From the human T2T-CHM13v2.0 reference genome, Homo sapiens, in NCBI RefSeq assembly GCF_009914755.1, contig NC_060944.1: a stretch of DNA of 64,000 nt. One strand, given 5' to 3'. Both the position numbers and the translations under genes were made by a program. The notes below the pieces were generated by a model. It was not told where the DNA came from. It saw nothing but the letters and a program-made list of their open reading frames with translations, and did no database searches. Positions 11,545-25,572 of this stretch are shown one piece after another (the first letter of the stretch is position 1; every line of letters begins with the position of its first letter).

Positions 11545-13519
11545 AGAGATCTCCTGAAAGCCTGCCAGATGCCAAGTGCGGTGACAAAACAAGGGTGAAA
11601 TACAGTGATCCAGCCTGCACAGGCGTTATCATCTTGGAGGGGAGAGAGGAAGCGTAACGAACGACACTATAAAGCACTGCTGCAGAAGAGCTGCAGGGTA
11701 CCTTGGGGCTGCAAGGAGGAACAAGTGCTATTAGATGGGACTGACCAGAGATGGCTTCTTGGAGGAAGGGGCTTTGCACCAGGACTTAGATAAATAAGAT
11801 TATAATGGCGGGGGGAGGGGGAGGTTGGGGGATAGAGAAGGACAAGAAACAGGCTAAGAGGGATGAGTGGGGTGCCCAGGGATTGTTAAACAAGGGGGTG
11901 ATGATCAGGGATGGACATCAGGGTTACTGAGTGATCAGAAAGAATAGCCACAAATATATACGCCTGTTATGTACCCACAAAAACAAAAAATAAAAATAAA
12001 TATTTTTAGCAAAGAAAGAATAGTCTGAAAAGGGCAAAGCAGAGCAGGAAGTAGCTGAACCCCTTCTTCCCCACAAGTCCAGGAAAGCACAGAAGGCGCT
12101 GCCAACTCGGAAAAGGGCTGCAAGGGAAGTTGTTCTGTCGTGGTGGGATGTCGTGGTGGGAAGCTCCGGTTTTAATTCAGGTGGGACAGTGGAGACAGTA
12201 AACTTAGGCAATGTACACTAGTTTGTTCACCGCAGGAAAAGCACCTTAGAGACCATGCAGCTACCAGAAACAGACATCCACCAAAGCTGGCGGAGAATGA
12301 GGGAGGGATGCATTGGAAGGATCTGGGGATACCTTATGGAACTCAGGCTCAGAAAGTACAGCCAGGCCTCACAGGGACTGGAACAAAGACCTGGGAACAC
12401 AGGGGCAGAGTCACCCTCTGCCTCCTGGTGCCTCACACTGTCCTGTCTCTGCACCCCTCCGTGCTCACATGGCACGCCCTGCTGGGCTGGCCCTTTCTCT
12501 TTTGTTGCCCTCCCCTGGAGAGCTGGAAAAGATCAGTGTTACTCATCCAGCTGTCAAAGCTAACGCAGCCATAGGCAGTATTTTGGCACAAGATAAAAAC
12601 AGAAATATAGTGACTATTTTGACCTTTAGGAAAGTTTTTGCATTTCTGATAAAAGGGACAAATGGGACTAGCACTGCCCCTTCTTCTCCTGCCTGGAACC
12701 CGAGAGTTAAGCATGGAGCAGCAGCATCTTAACACCACAGGAATACACCTTGATGTCTAAAAAACACACCCAGAACAGAAGAGCCTAGGTCCTTAATGGT
12801 GCCCCTGAGCTGTTCACCACAGCCAGCAACCACCTACCTCAGGGCTGCCTATCACATGAGAGAAACAGTCCTTTTATGCATTGAGGCAGCTCTCAGGGGA
12901 GCAATTTGCACTGCTCCTCAGGGCCAACAGGCTAGCATTGTCTACCTGGACATATCCATGGTGAAAAAGCATCGCCTAAGCCCAACTCTCCCTGGCTCTC
13001 CCATTTCAAGTATCCCACACCAACTAACTATGGTCTCCGTCTCCAAGTCTTGATTCCTGGACTGAGAATCTGATGTTCCCAACTTTGGTGAGGTTGATGA
13101 TCCATGTTAGAGGATAAGACCCCGTGGCCCATTGACCATTCAATGGGAACAACACAGCAGCCTCCCTGTTGTAGGCAGAAGGGCAGGACAGGCTCACTGA
13201 ATGCGTGGTCACCCCATGAGAAGCAGGGAGGAGCAGAGGTGAGCACTGAAGAGAGTCTGGCCAGGAAAATTGCCCTAATTGCCCACGTGGAGGATTCTTA
13301 AGGTCGACCTAGACTTGGCAGGAAAAGTGCTCAGGAGGAAAGACGTTCAGCAGTCACCTCCACCACAGGCATGTACATTCCTGATTGTCTGTTGTTGAAA
13401 AGTGAATGGCCAGCCCCTTTGTTCCCTTTGGAATCTTAACACTGACATTTCATGATTAGCACAGATCACTCATTAATCATGTTTTATTACATCCAGAAAC
13501 CATCTCTTGAGAGTAACTA

Positions 13520-14004
13520 CACTTGACCCTTGAACAACATGGGTTTCAACTACACAGGTGCACTCATGGGAGAATGTTTTTTCAATAAAAGTTACACCAG
13601 CCTCCCCTTCCACCTGCTCCACCTCTTCTGCCTCTGCCACCCCTGAGACAGCAACAACCCCTCCCCTCCCTCCTCCTCCCAGCCTACTCAATGTGAAGAC
13701 AATGAAGATGAAGACCGTCATGATGATCCACTTCACCTTCATGAATAGTAAAAATATTTTCTCTTCCTTATGATTTTTAATGGCATTTTCTTTTCTCTAG
13801 CTTAGTTTACTGTAAGAATACAGTATATAATACTTAGGACATACAAAATATGTGTTAATTCAATGTTTACAGCTATCAGTAAGGCTTCCGGCCAACAGTA
13901 GGCTATTCATAGTTAAGTTTTGGGGGAGTCAAATGTTATATGTGGATTTTCAGCTGGACTGGGGGTTGGCACCCCCAACCTCCACTTTGTTCAAGGGTCA
14001 ACTG
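13520..14004. mobile_element. Tigger2-derived element (Tigger2a/MER28-like)
   Basis: Terminal inverted repeats cacttgacccttgaacaa ... ttgttcaagggtcaactg, flanked by TA on both sides. Confidence 0.85.
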
Positions 14005-15621
14005 TAATCATTTCCATTTTGATGATTCCTGTCCTGCTTTTTTTTCTGTTGAAAAAACTTATGCATATTTGTAAGAGTTCAATGTTTCTTTGGCTCTCAG
14101 TAATGAAGAGATGTGTTGTTTGGGTGAGGTAATGTCCTTCTTTAGGAAGGAATTGGCCCAATGTGTTTGTTCATGCAGAAGGCTGTGTGGCAAAAGTTTG
14201 GATCTACAGGAACAGAGAGACTAGAAAACCCAAGATTAACCAACTGATGGCTCTTGCCAGAGAAGTTCCACCCTGTTGCAAAAGAAGTTGGTTAGTTATC
14301 TCAAAAGGTTTCCAAACTCAGGTGCGTACTGGTAACGTCCTAGGGTATGGAACACCCAGCTCCCTTCCATCTACTAGTTCTGGGTTTGTTTAGGATAGGC
14401 TTCTTGCCCTCTAGCTTGTCACCTCCATAGCCAGGGGTGGCTCCCTGTGGTCCAGTTCCATGGGCACTAACCAACAACTTTTCTTGTATCTGGAATAAAG
14501 ACTGGCACAGGTGGGAGCCTCAGTTTCACGATTAGCAACAGCCACTGGAACAGAACAAAGTGCAAACTCAGGCACCCACAAGTGGCAAGTTTGGGGGGTA
14601 ATGGCATTCCTGTAGGATGGCTGATAGGGAGCAAGTTGACAGGGAGACCTCCACTCTCCCATGGCCTTAATAGAAGGAGAAGCAGCAGCTGGACAACTGA
14701 ACAAAAGCATGACTCTTCTCCCCCAGACGGATAAACTGAGCCTATCTTCTCTGTTTCTTCCCTTTCTGCCCTCCAGAGAGCAGGGTGGGTGAGGACACCC
14801 TCATTTCCTCACTCTGATGCTTGTGAGCCAAGGCAGCAGGCAGGAGGATTTTCGTGTCCCACATAGTTCTTGCCTTCTTCATAGGTCTGCCCTGTGCCTT
14901 CATAGCAGTTTATTCCCCTCCCTCCACTGCAGAACTCCAGAGCCTGAGCCAGCGCCTCCATTCCCTGCCTTTCTCCACCAGGCCAAAGCTCTGTCCTTCC
15001 CACACATCAGCTAGGTCAGTGTGACGTCTGTTCACTCTTCATTCTACAGATACCACTGGGCACTTTCACATGCTGGGCACTGCTATAGGCACTGGGGATT
15101 TGGATTGGTGTTATTCGCCGTGTTTATCAGTATGTGACTGCAGACGCAAGCTCTGAACACTCTCGCTTTCACTTCAGTAAGTGTCACAGAGCTCCTAAGT
15201 CTTTATAGGGAAGCAAATCATTTATGAACTCACAGGAGGAAGGTCTCCTGAACTCAGTAACTGACTTAAAGCATTTGCGTTTTCTCAGGGGCCAAGTTTC
15301 TCGCTCCACTCTTTGTTTACATGCACACACGAGAGAGGCAACCCTAAGGAGATGAACACCTTCTCCTTCCCTTCCCATGGCTCAGGTCCTGCTTCTCCAG
15401 TTTCCTTCCTCCGAGTGCCCTGTGCCAGGAGGCCATGACAGTGTTGGGCTCCATAATGAGAGTGTGGGTACCTTCACAATGGCAGCAACTGGACTCAGAG
15501 GCATTCCATGGAAGGGAAAAGGAGCTGCGTATGCCAGGCAGCAGAGGCAAAGGCTTCAACCGGGCATCATGAATTGTGGCTGTGCTTTATAGTGTCACCC
15601 CAGAGGGGCTGAACTTTAAGA

Positions 15622-15745
15622 CAGTGGCTCTCAACTTTGGCTGCATGTTGGAATCATCTGGAAAGATGCCTACGTGACACCCCAGAAATTCTGGTGTCAC
15701 TGGTCTGGGGTACTGCTTGTGCATTGGGAGTTTTAAAATACTTTT
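15622..15745. mobile_element. MER5-type hAT fragment
   Basis: cagtggctctcaactttggctgcatgttggaatcatctgga...ccccagaaattctg...ggtctggggt. Confidence 0.6.
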
Positions 15746-16441
15746 AAAAACTAAATTTGCAACAGATTAGCACTTTAAAAGCAAATAGGAAATAGAGAAA
15801 TACGTAGAGCATTCCAATTTGGGGAACCTGAGTCCAGTGTCTCTGAGACTGGAGACCTTGGAGAATCACTGCCACCACCAATTTGTACTGGGGACCTGAG
15901 GGACTGCCCGCCTGCAGAAGACACCTGAGAGGCAGCTCTGGGCTGGGAGGGGCTGCAGGGATGCAGGTGAGACGCTGACGAAACACCCCTCTCCTCTGCT
16001 GGGCTGGGACTCTGCAAGGCTGTGATTTAGCCATGGGACACAGATTATGATCAGGAATGGGTGGGGGTGGCATCTGAAATGCTGATGTTTTGTATCATGA
16101 CCTTGGAGGGGGTTACCTGGGTTTTGTTTTATATCAGCTTGTTTAGCTGCATATTTATGTACACTTTTCTATGTAAGTTTGTACACTTGTACACTTTTCT
16201 GTATAAGTTTGTTATATCCCATCCCCTCCCCAAAAGTCTAAAAAATAAAACAAAAACAAAAACACCTGTTGCCTAGCTTGAAAGTTCTCTCTATCCAGGT
16301 CCCTATCTTAAGTTGAAATAAAACTTAGGCTTAGTCAGTGATCTCCAAACACTGGTTGACTGGACCAGGGCCTGGCTGACTGTGCAAAACACCTGGGGAG
16401 TTGTTAGAATTTACAGATTTGAAGACCCCAGCCTCCTGAGA

Positions 16442-16808
16442 GTGGAAGGAGTTGAAACAGCATGGGACTGGGAAAAAGCACTGGACTAGAAGTAGGGTTT
16501 GCTTCTGGTTTGAGCTGTGAGGCACACTGTGGGCTGCCTGCCAGCATCATGTGCCTCTTCTGACATGCTGGCAGAACCTGTTTTTGTTGAGATAAACGTC
16601 CTCCACGTGGGCCAGTGTTCTAATGGAAGTGAGTGCCAGGGTTAGAGGTGGGTTCCGGTTGGTCTAACCCAGTGCTTCCCAACCAAGGGCCATTTTGTCC
16701 ACCAGGGGACATTTGTCAATGTCTGGCAACAATTTTTATGATCATGACTAGGTAGGATGCTACTGGCATCTGTGGGGGGAAGGCCAGAGATGCTGCTAAA
16801 CATCAGTG
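16442..16808 (-). repeat. Right arm of a long inverted duplication (partner 11165-11544); includes a truncated MER20
   Basis: Same MIR-like/MaLR-like/MER20 junctions as the left arm, in opposite orientation. Confidence 0.95.
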
Positions 16809-17001
16809 GAACATTATGCAATATTTTCCATTTAGATGATGACTAATTAGATAGACTCACACTCCCAAAGGGGACAACAATGAACAAAATATTTAAAGCA
16901 TTTGCTTGAAGAAATCGGAGAGCCTGAAACTGGTGTGGAATTGCTGGACCAGGATCTGGGAACAACAGAGACCCAGGATGATGAGCCTGGTGTGTAACCA
17001 C

Positions 17002-19004
<2,003 letters not shown>

Positions 19005-20219
19005 TCACATTTGTTCCTAGAATCACATCCGTAAGTAATGTACCTGCATGCAAGCCTTTATATCAGGCTCTGCTTTCCAGGCAACCCAGGCTAAGGCAGC
19101 AAGAGATACAGAAATTAGAATTGTGAGAAATTTCATCATATGGGAAGTTGGGGTCCTCAACAAAAGAAGAGAGAATAGGCAAAAATGATATTTAAAGAGA
19201 TAATGGTTGAGATATTTCCAAAATGATACAGACATCAATACAGATCTAAGAAGTCCTGCAGAACCCAAGCAAGATTAAAAAAAAAAGTCAACAAAAAATA
19301 AAACTGCAAAAACCAAAGACAAGGAGAAATATCAAGAGCAGCCAAAGGAAAAGTGGTAGATTAACTTTAAATGACCATTTGTTAGTTTGACAGCCAACTA
19401 CTCAACAGAAACATGGGAAAACAGATACCAATGGAAATGAGATCGTTGTAGTGCTGAAAAAAATAATTAACAGGCTAGAGTTATACACCCAGTCAAAATA
19501 TCCTTTAAGAGTGATCATGAAATAAATACTTCCAAGTAGACAAAAACTGAATGAATTTCTTATCAGCAGACCTTTATTAAAAGAAATGACAAAAGTCCTT
19601 TCAGGCAGAAGGTAAATTATTCCAAATGGAAGTTTGGAGGTATAGAAGAGATACCAAAAAATGATAAATATATGGGTAAATCTAAGTTAATATTGTCTAT
19701 ATAGAACAATAATAAGATGCATACAACTATAATAATACTACCTTGTAGAATTAAAATAGAAAACTAAAATGCATGATTTATAAGTTGGAAGAGAGGTTTA
19801 TATGTTGTTAAAGTGTGTTCTTAAAGTCTTTGTATTGACTGGAAATAGGGTAAGGTACCAATTAATATTGAAGGCTGCAACTTATAATCTAGGGTAACAA
19901 TTAAAATGGTAAGAGTTTATAACTTCAAGCTAATGGGGAGAGGGCAAAAATTAGAATAATAAAAAATGGTCACTCTAAAGGAAGGAAAAAAAAGAGAACA
20001 TAGAACAAACAGGGCAAATAAAAAGTACTGAGTTAGATGGTGGATTTAAACCCAAATATATAACTAGTTACGTTAAATGTAAGTAGATTAAATGTATCAT
20101 TTAAATGGCAAAGATTTCCAGAGTGATTTAAAAAACCAAGGTGAAGCTACATGCTATTTAAAAGAGATACATCAAAAACATAAGGCTATAATAAGATTAA
20201 AGTTAAAGGAATGATCCAC

Positions 20220-20354
20220 TGGACACCATGGTTTTCTCCTGTGGTCCCAGCTACTTGGGAGGCTGGGGTAGGAGGATTGCTTGAGCCCAGGAGTTCGAGA
20301 CCAGCCTGGGGAACACAACAAGACCATGTCTCAAAAAAAAAGAAAGAAAAGAAA
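20220..20354 (+). mobile_element. Monomeric Alu (FLAM-like)
   Basis: Single arm ending gagaccagcctgggg...catgtctc with an A tail; degenerate TSD ttaaagg(a/g)atg. Confidence 0.8.
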
Positions 20355-20981
20355 ATTAAAGGGATGGAAAAACTATTCCATGCAAATATTAACAAAAAGA
20401 AAGCTGATGTGACTATACTAATATCAGAAGAAATATATTTTACAGCCAAAAGAAAGCACATTTAGAGACTAAAGGGGGATGCCTCTTTTAGAGTCAATTC
20501 ATCAGGAAGTTATAACAATTTTAAATAGCACCTAATACACAACAAATAGATAAATACATAAATAATTGTGCTAGATAAATATGCAAATAGATAAAGCTTC
20601 AAAATGTCCAAAGCAAAAACTGACAGAACTAGAGAAACTCACAGTGGAAGTGGGAACTTTTAACAAGTCTGTCTCAGTAAGTGATGAAACAACTGAGTAA
20701 AAGTGAGATGGGACATGGATTTGAACAACATGATCAGCAACTTGACCCAGTGGATACGTATACAATCTTCTACCCAATGATTACAGAATACTTCTTTTCC
20801 ATCTCGAATGGGACCTTTCTAAAAATTGGCGATAGGTTGAGGCATGCAGCAGGCCTCAACAAACTTCAGAGCACAGAAGTCATGGGAGAGCATGCTCTCT
20901 GATCACAATGCAAATAAGCTAAACACCAATAACAAAAACTATAAAATAACAAAAACTAAATGTTTAGAAATTTTAGAAATA

Positions 20982-21655
<674 letters not shown>

Positions 21656-22420
21656 TCACAGCATCTTTGCTTTTCTTCCCAAATCTGCAGTTTGAGAGAG
21701 GCGGCTTGCCCTGGGAACTCTGCTGGTAGGGCATCATGCAGCATGGTCCAGAATCCCTTTCTTTTTTGTCACAACCTCTGTACAATATGAAGTAGGAAAG
21801 TTGTATTCGTTTGTATTCATTTGCTGCTGTAACTAAATATCACAGGCTGGGTGGCTTAAACCACAGAAATCTGTTTCTATGGAGGCCAGGAAGTATAAGA
21901 TCGAGGGGCTGGCAGATGGGTGTCAGGAGCAGACCCAGACTGCTGAGATTCTGCCTCTGTGGCACTGATTCAGTGTGTCCTGATGAAGGACCAGCCCACC
22001 CTAGCGGAGGGATGACCCAGGGACCAGGCCATGCTCCTCATGCACGCTACTCAGAGCCAGGTTGTCCCTCGCTCTTGCCTGTGCTCTAGCCCAGTGCCGC
22101 CTGCGGCCTCCAAGTGATGGTGGTAGTGCGCCTATCTGACCTGCTGTGCATGGCCTCTGGGCACTTGAAATGCAGCAACTGCAGACTGGGAACCAAATTT
22201 CTATTCTGTTTAAGTTACAGTTAAGTGGCCACGTGTGGCTGATGCATCAGCGCAGTCAGCCATCCTTGGTAAGGCAGGTGAGCTCACCAAGGAGCAGTCA
22301 GGGCTGTGAGTGTGAACCCCCCAGGAGAAAAGGCCCCTTCCAATTTTGTCTGTAGGATTATATTCAGGAAAAAAAAAGAGTAGCATTACTGGACCCAAAA
22401 AAATCACCACAAAGAGAAAA

Positions 22421-23945
22421 TGAACAAAATAAAGCTTTATTTGAACTCCCTCCCCTACAGATCATTCAGATGCCCGGGACCATGTCCAGGTTCCTCTCAG
22501 CAACATGGAAAGCTAAGCCATTTCACAAACGCACAACTGTAGCTACACTACAGCCCCCCATGCCCAGGGCACAGCTTTGTTGCTAAGCCTGTAACAAAAG
22601 ACCACCACTCAGTATTTGTGTACCCTGCAGCCAACACCACCTCCTGGGCTTCACAGGTTCACTCACCCAAGAGGCCAGCACAACCACGACCGAGTGGGTA
22701 CTCAGTGGCCCAGACACCCCCCGAACACTGGCACTGCCACAAGGCCCTGAAGGGTAGACTGTGGGGCAAAGAGGACAAACTCTCCCTCCCCTAAGGGACC
22801 CGGCTCACTGGGCCTCCTTCCCCTGCCAACCGCCAGCCCCTGCATGCCTAGCAGGGAGGTAAGCACCCACTGGCGTCGTGATTTCCATTATCTTGCTAAT
22901 GTTGACAGCACCTAAGTCACATTAAAACAAAGAGAGACTGGATCCAGACCTCCAAGTCTCATCATTGGACCTCAGTGGTTCTCACTGCCCCAACCACAGA
23001 GTGAAGGTCAGGCAGCGTTTGCCAGGATTTGGCTCTGACCAAGTTAGTGCTCTAACAAGTCACCTGAGTTTCTAATAGCTTCCCTGAAGAACCCAACTAT
23101 TTGGAGTATGTTGCCTCTCCTATCAAGAGGCATCTGGGGGCACAAAAATCTTTCTGGATCACAGCTTGAAGAAACAGAACATAACTGGAGTAGCTTCAGA
23201 ACTAAGGCGGCCACATTCACCCCACCGCTTAGGAGTTAGCTCCATTATACACAACCAAGCACAGGAGAAACACTCACCAGGAAAAGATGCCGGAGGCTTG
23301 GAAGTTCTCAAGGGAACTGTTTAGACAGAGGTACGAACATCTCCAATTCAGACTTCCAAATACACTAACAATAATTAAAAATGTGGCCTCTGATCCTCAT
23401 GTTTCCTCACCAGTAGAGGCAAAAAAGGAGATTTTCATAACTACATGTTAAAAAGAACATGTTCAAGTAAATCCACACACTACATGTGAGTGTTGCATGC
23501 TGTTCTTCCACAATATAAAAGTATAAAAATAAGATTTCTGACCTTTGTATCTAGACAGATCTGGAGAAAACACGGTTGCTACTAGCTAACTAGCTCTGTG
23601 TTATCTGAGCAGGCGCGCTATCCCAGGGCCTCACCTTCCTGTGCTGGCTCAAGAGGGCAGAGGAATGGAGATGGCAATGCCTTTTCATTCCAGGAAACCA
23701 AACTCAGATGGCAGAACCAGCCCTAGCCATGTCGCATAGCCTCTCCATGGGTGACACTCCTGGGACCTCCAATGGATGGGAGAAAGGGCTCTCAGCCCAG
23801 CTTCACGTGAGGGCGGTGTGGGTCATGTGTGGGGTGGGGGCTGCTTCTGGGACGTAGGAAGACGCCAACCTCAGGGGTACCTTCTGGGAAGGACAAGCCA
23901 GGGCTTGGGTGCCCGCCCATCCCAAGAGCCCCACAAGGTGCCAGC
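22421..23945 (-). other. ACSS1: ACSS1 3' UTR (~1.5 kb; cleavage site approximate)
   Basis: Lies between the TGA at 23946-23948 and a minus-strand AATAAA followed by a U/GU-rich downstream element. Confidence 0.8.
22436..22441 (-). terminator. ACSS1: ACSS1 polyadenylation signal AATAAA
   Basis: Plus-strand TTTATT. Downstream on the minus strand is TTTTGTTCATTTTCTCTTTGTGGTGATTTTTTTGGG, a typical U/GU-rich downstream element. Confidence 0.85.
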
Positions 23946-24125
23946 TCACTTAGCAGCAGCCTGCTTGTCCTTGCACTTCTGGTAGACACTCAGGATCTCT
24001 GCGATGATGCTGGGGTCCTCCAAGGTGGTAGTGTCTCCCAGCTCCTGGGCCTCACTAGTGATGATCTTCCTCAGGAGCCGCCGCATGACCTTCCCAGACC
24101 TGGTTTTTGGAAGACGTTTCACCAC
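23946..24125 (-). CDS. ACSS1: ACSS1 exon 14, coding part (180 nt including TGA); contains the catalytic, acetylation-regulated lysine K642 (codon 24090-24092)
   Basis: ccttgccAG|GTGGTGAAACG gives [59 protein letters not shown]. Contains the A10 motif PxxxxGK. Confidence 0.97.
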   Translation of the reverse strand: MVKRLPKTRSGKVMRRLLRKIITSEAQELGDTTTLEDPSIIAEILSVYQKCKDKQAAAK

Positions 24126-25037
24126 CTGGCAAGGAACAGGCACAGTGTTAGAGCGTGGATGGTGCCCAGCCTCTGTGCTAGCGTGGACTGCATTAAGATC
24201 AGAAGGGCTCTGCTCAGGGGGGATGCCCTCCCGGGGATCCACAGTGGATGTCTAAGCCTCCACCCCAGAGAACGGTGAGGCCCGAGGTCTTGGCTTTATC
24301 CTCCTACTGTCTGGACCTAAGCTGAAATCCACCCCGATGCTCTCCGCCAGGCAGGGTCCACCCAGGCCGGGTTCACCCCGTACTGCCGTCCGTCTGTCCT
24401 GCCACTGTGCCACGTGCAGGCACCCAGGTGGCAGCAGATCCAAGCACCCACTGGGTGCCTCATCTCCATTCTCTGGCCTGGGACTTGGCAGGTTTTGTCT
24501 TACATCAGAGGTGAGAACTACTTAAGAGAAAAATTTTGTCTTAGTGTTTGAAAAGCTAACATGGAGCATGCTCAAACAACTACAACCCATTCACTGCAAA
24601 TGGCAATGCATTAAGAGCTGTGTTTGGGATCTTTGACAGTCATTCTGTCTTTTGAAATAGTTCAGTTCACCTAGGGTGAGTCCGGGTCTCCTGAAATTCT
24701 GGTCACTGGGCCAAATGTGTCAACTCCTGTAATACCAAGTGGATCCTGGCCCTGCCGCCTCTGAGGGCCGCCAAACCCAGAGTCACAGCGCGCAATGTTC
24801 ATAAAGGAGGGAATGAAAAGCCGGGGGTTGAAGAGGCAGCCCAATCCTCCCCTGATTCTGACCCCCTGGGTTGGGGGTCTGCGATCTCCTTCACTGCCAC
24901 CAGGAAAAGTGCTCAAGAACCACACAGGGGCTGGAGAACCCTGGTACTGTCCCCATGTCTCTAATGAAAATCCCTAAGGTTCTTCACCAGCAGCCCCATT
25001 TCTGTGACTAGCCTGCACATGCCAACATACGAGAGCA

Positions 25038-25269
25038 GAAGCCTGCCTAGGTGACCTCCTGGACAGGTGAGCTGGCTGGGCGTGGAAGCCTGCCTAGGTG
25101 AACTCCTGGACAGGTGAGCTGGCTGAGTGTGGAAACCTGCCTAGGTGGCCTCCCAGACATGTGAGCTTACTGAGCATGTAGGCCTGCCTAGGCAACCTCC
25201 TGGACAGATGAGCCCACTGAGCATGGAAACCTGCCTAGGCGACCTCCTGGACAAGTAAGCTGGCTGAGC
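25038..25269. repeat. Minisatellite, 47-bp unit, ~5 copies, in ACSS1 intron 13
   Basis: Units start at 25038, 25085, 25132, 25179 and 25226; consensus GAARCCTGCCTAGGTGACCTCCTGGACAGGTGAGCTGGCTGAGCRTG. Confidence 0.95.
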
Positions 25270-25453
25270 TCACTTCTCCCTCTATGACAACACAGAGACC
25301 CACCATCCTCACCACCAGCCAGGAAAACCAAACAGCTAGTGTCCGTTTTGATGCTAATTGGAAAAGAGTAATATGCTCCTAAAAGATCATTGTCACTTGA
25401 CAATTGTGGGAAGAACAGCAGCACAGCCCCATCTTTGTGGGAGGCCCACTCAC

Positions 25454-25572
25454 CAGGATCTCATCAGGCACAGCATATTTGGCGATCTTGGTGGCCACCA
25501 TGGACTTGAGCTCCTGCACCACCACATCTGAGTCACCCGCACTATCTTTCACCACAATGAAGGCAAAGGCAG
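25454..25572 (-). CDS. ACSS1: ACSS1 exon 13 (119 nt)
   Basis: attttcAG|CTGCC...ATCCTG|GTgagt; AAFAFIVVKDSAGDSDVVVQELKSMVATKIAKYAVPDEIL. Confidence 0.96.

Noticed and set aside
23441-23464. p53-like half-sites (CTACATGTTA, GAACATGTTC) in the 3' UTR
   Set aside because: Only one good half-site and a 4-bp spacer; expected by chance.
23946-23952. Possible stop-codon read-through of ACSS1
   Set aside because: Context is TGA-GCTG, not the TGA-CTAG read-through motif, and the extension has no targeting signal.
25038-25269. Regular repeat array superficially like CRISPR
   Set aside because: Units are contiguous with no unique spacers, there are no cas genes, and the context is a eukaryotic intron. 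It is a minisatellite.
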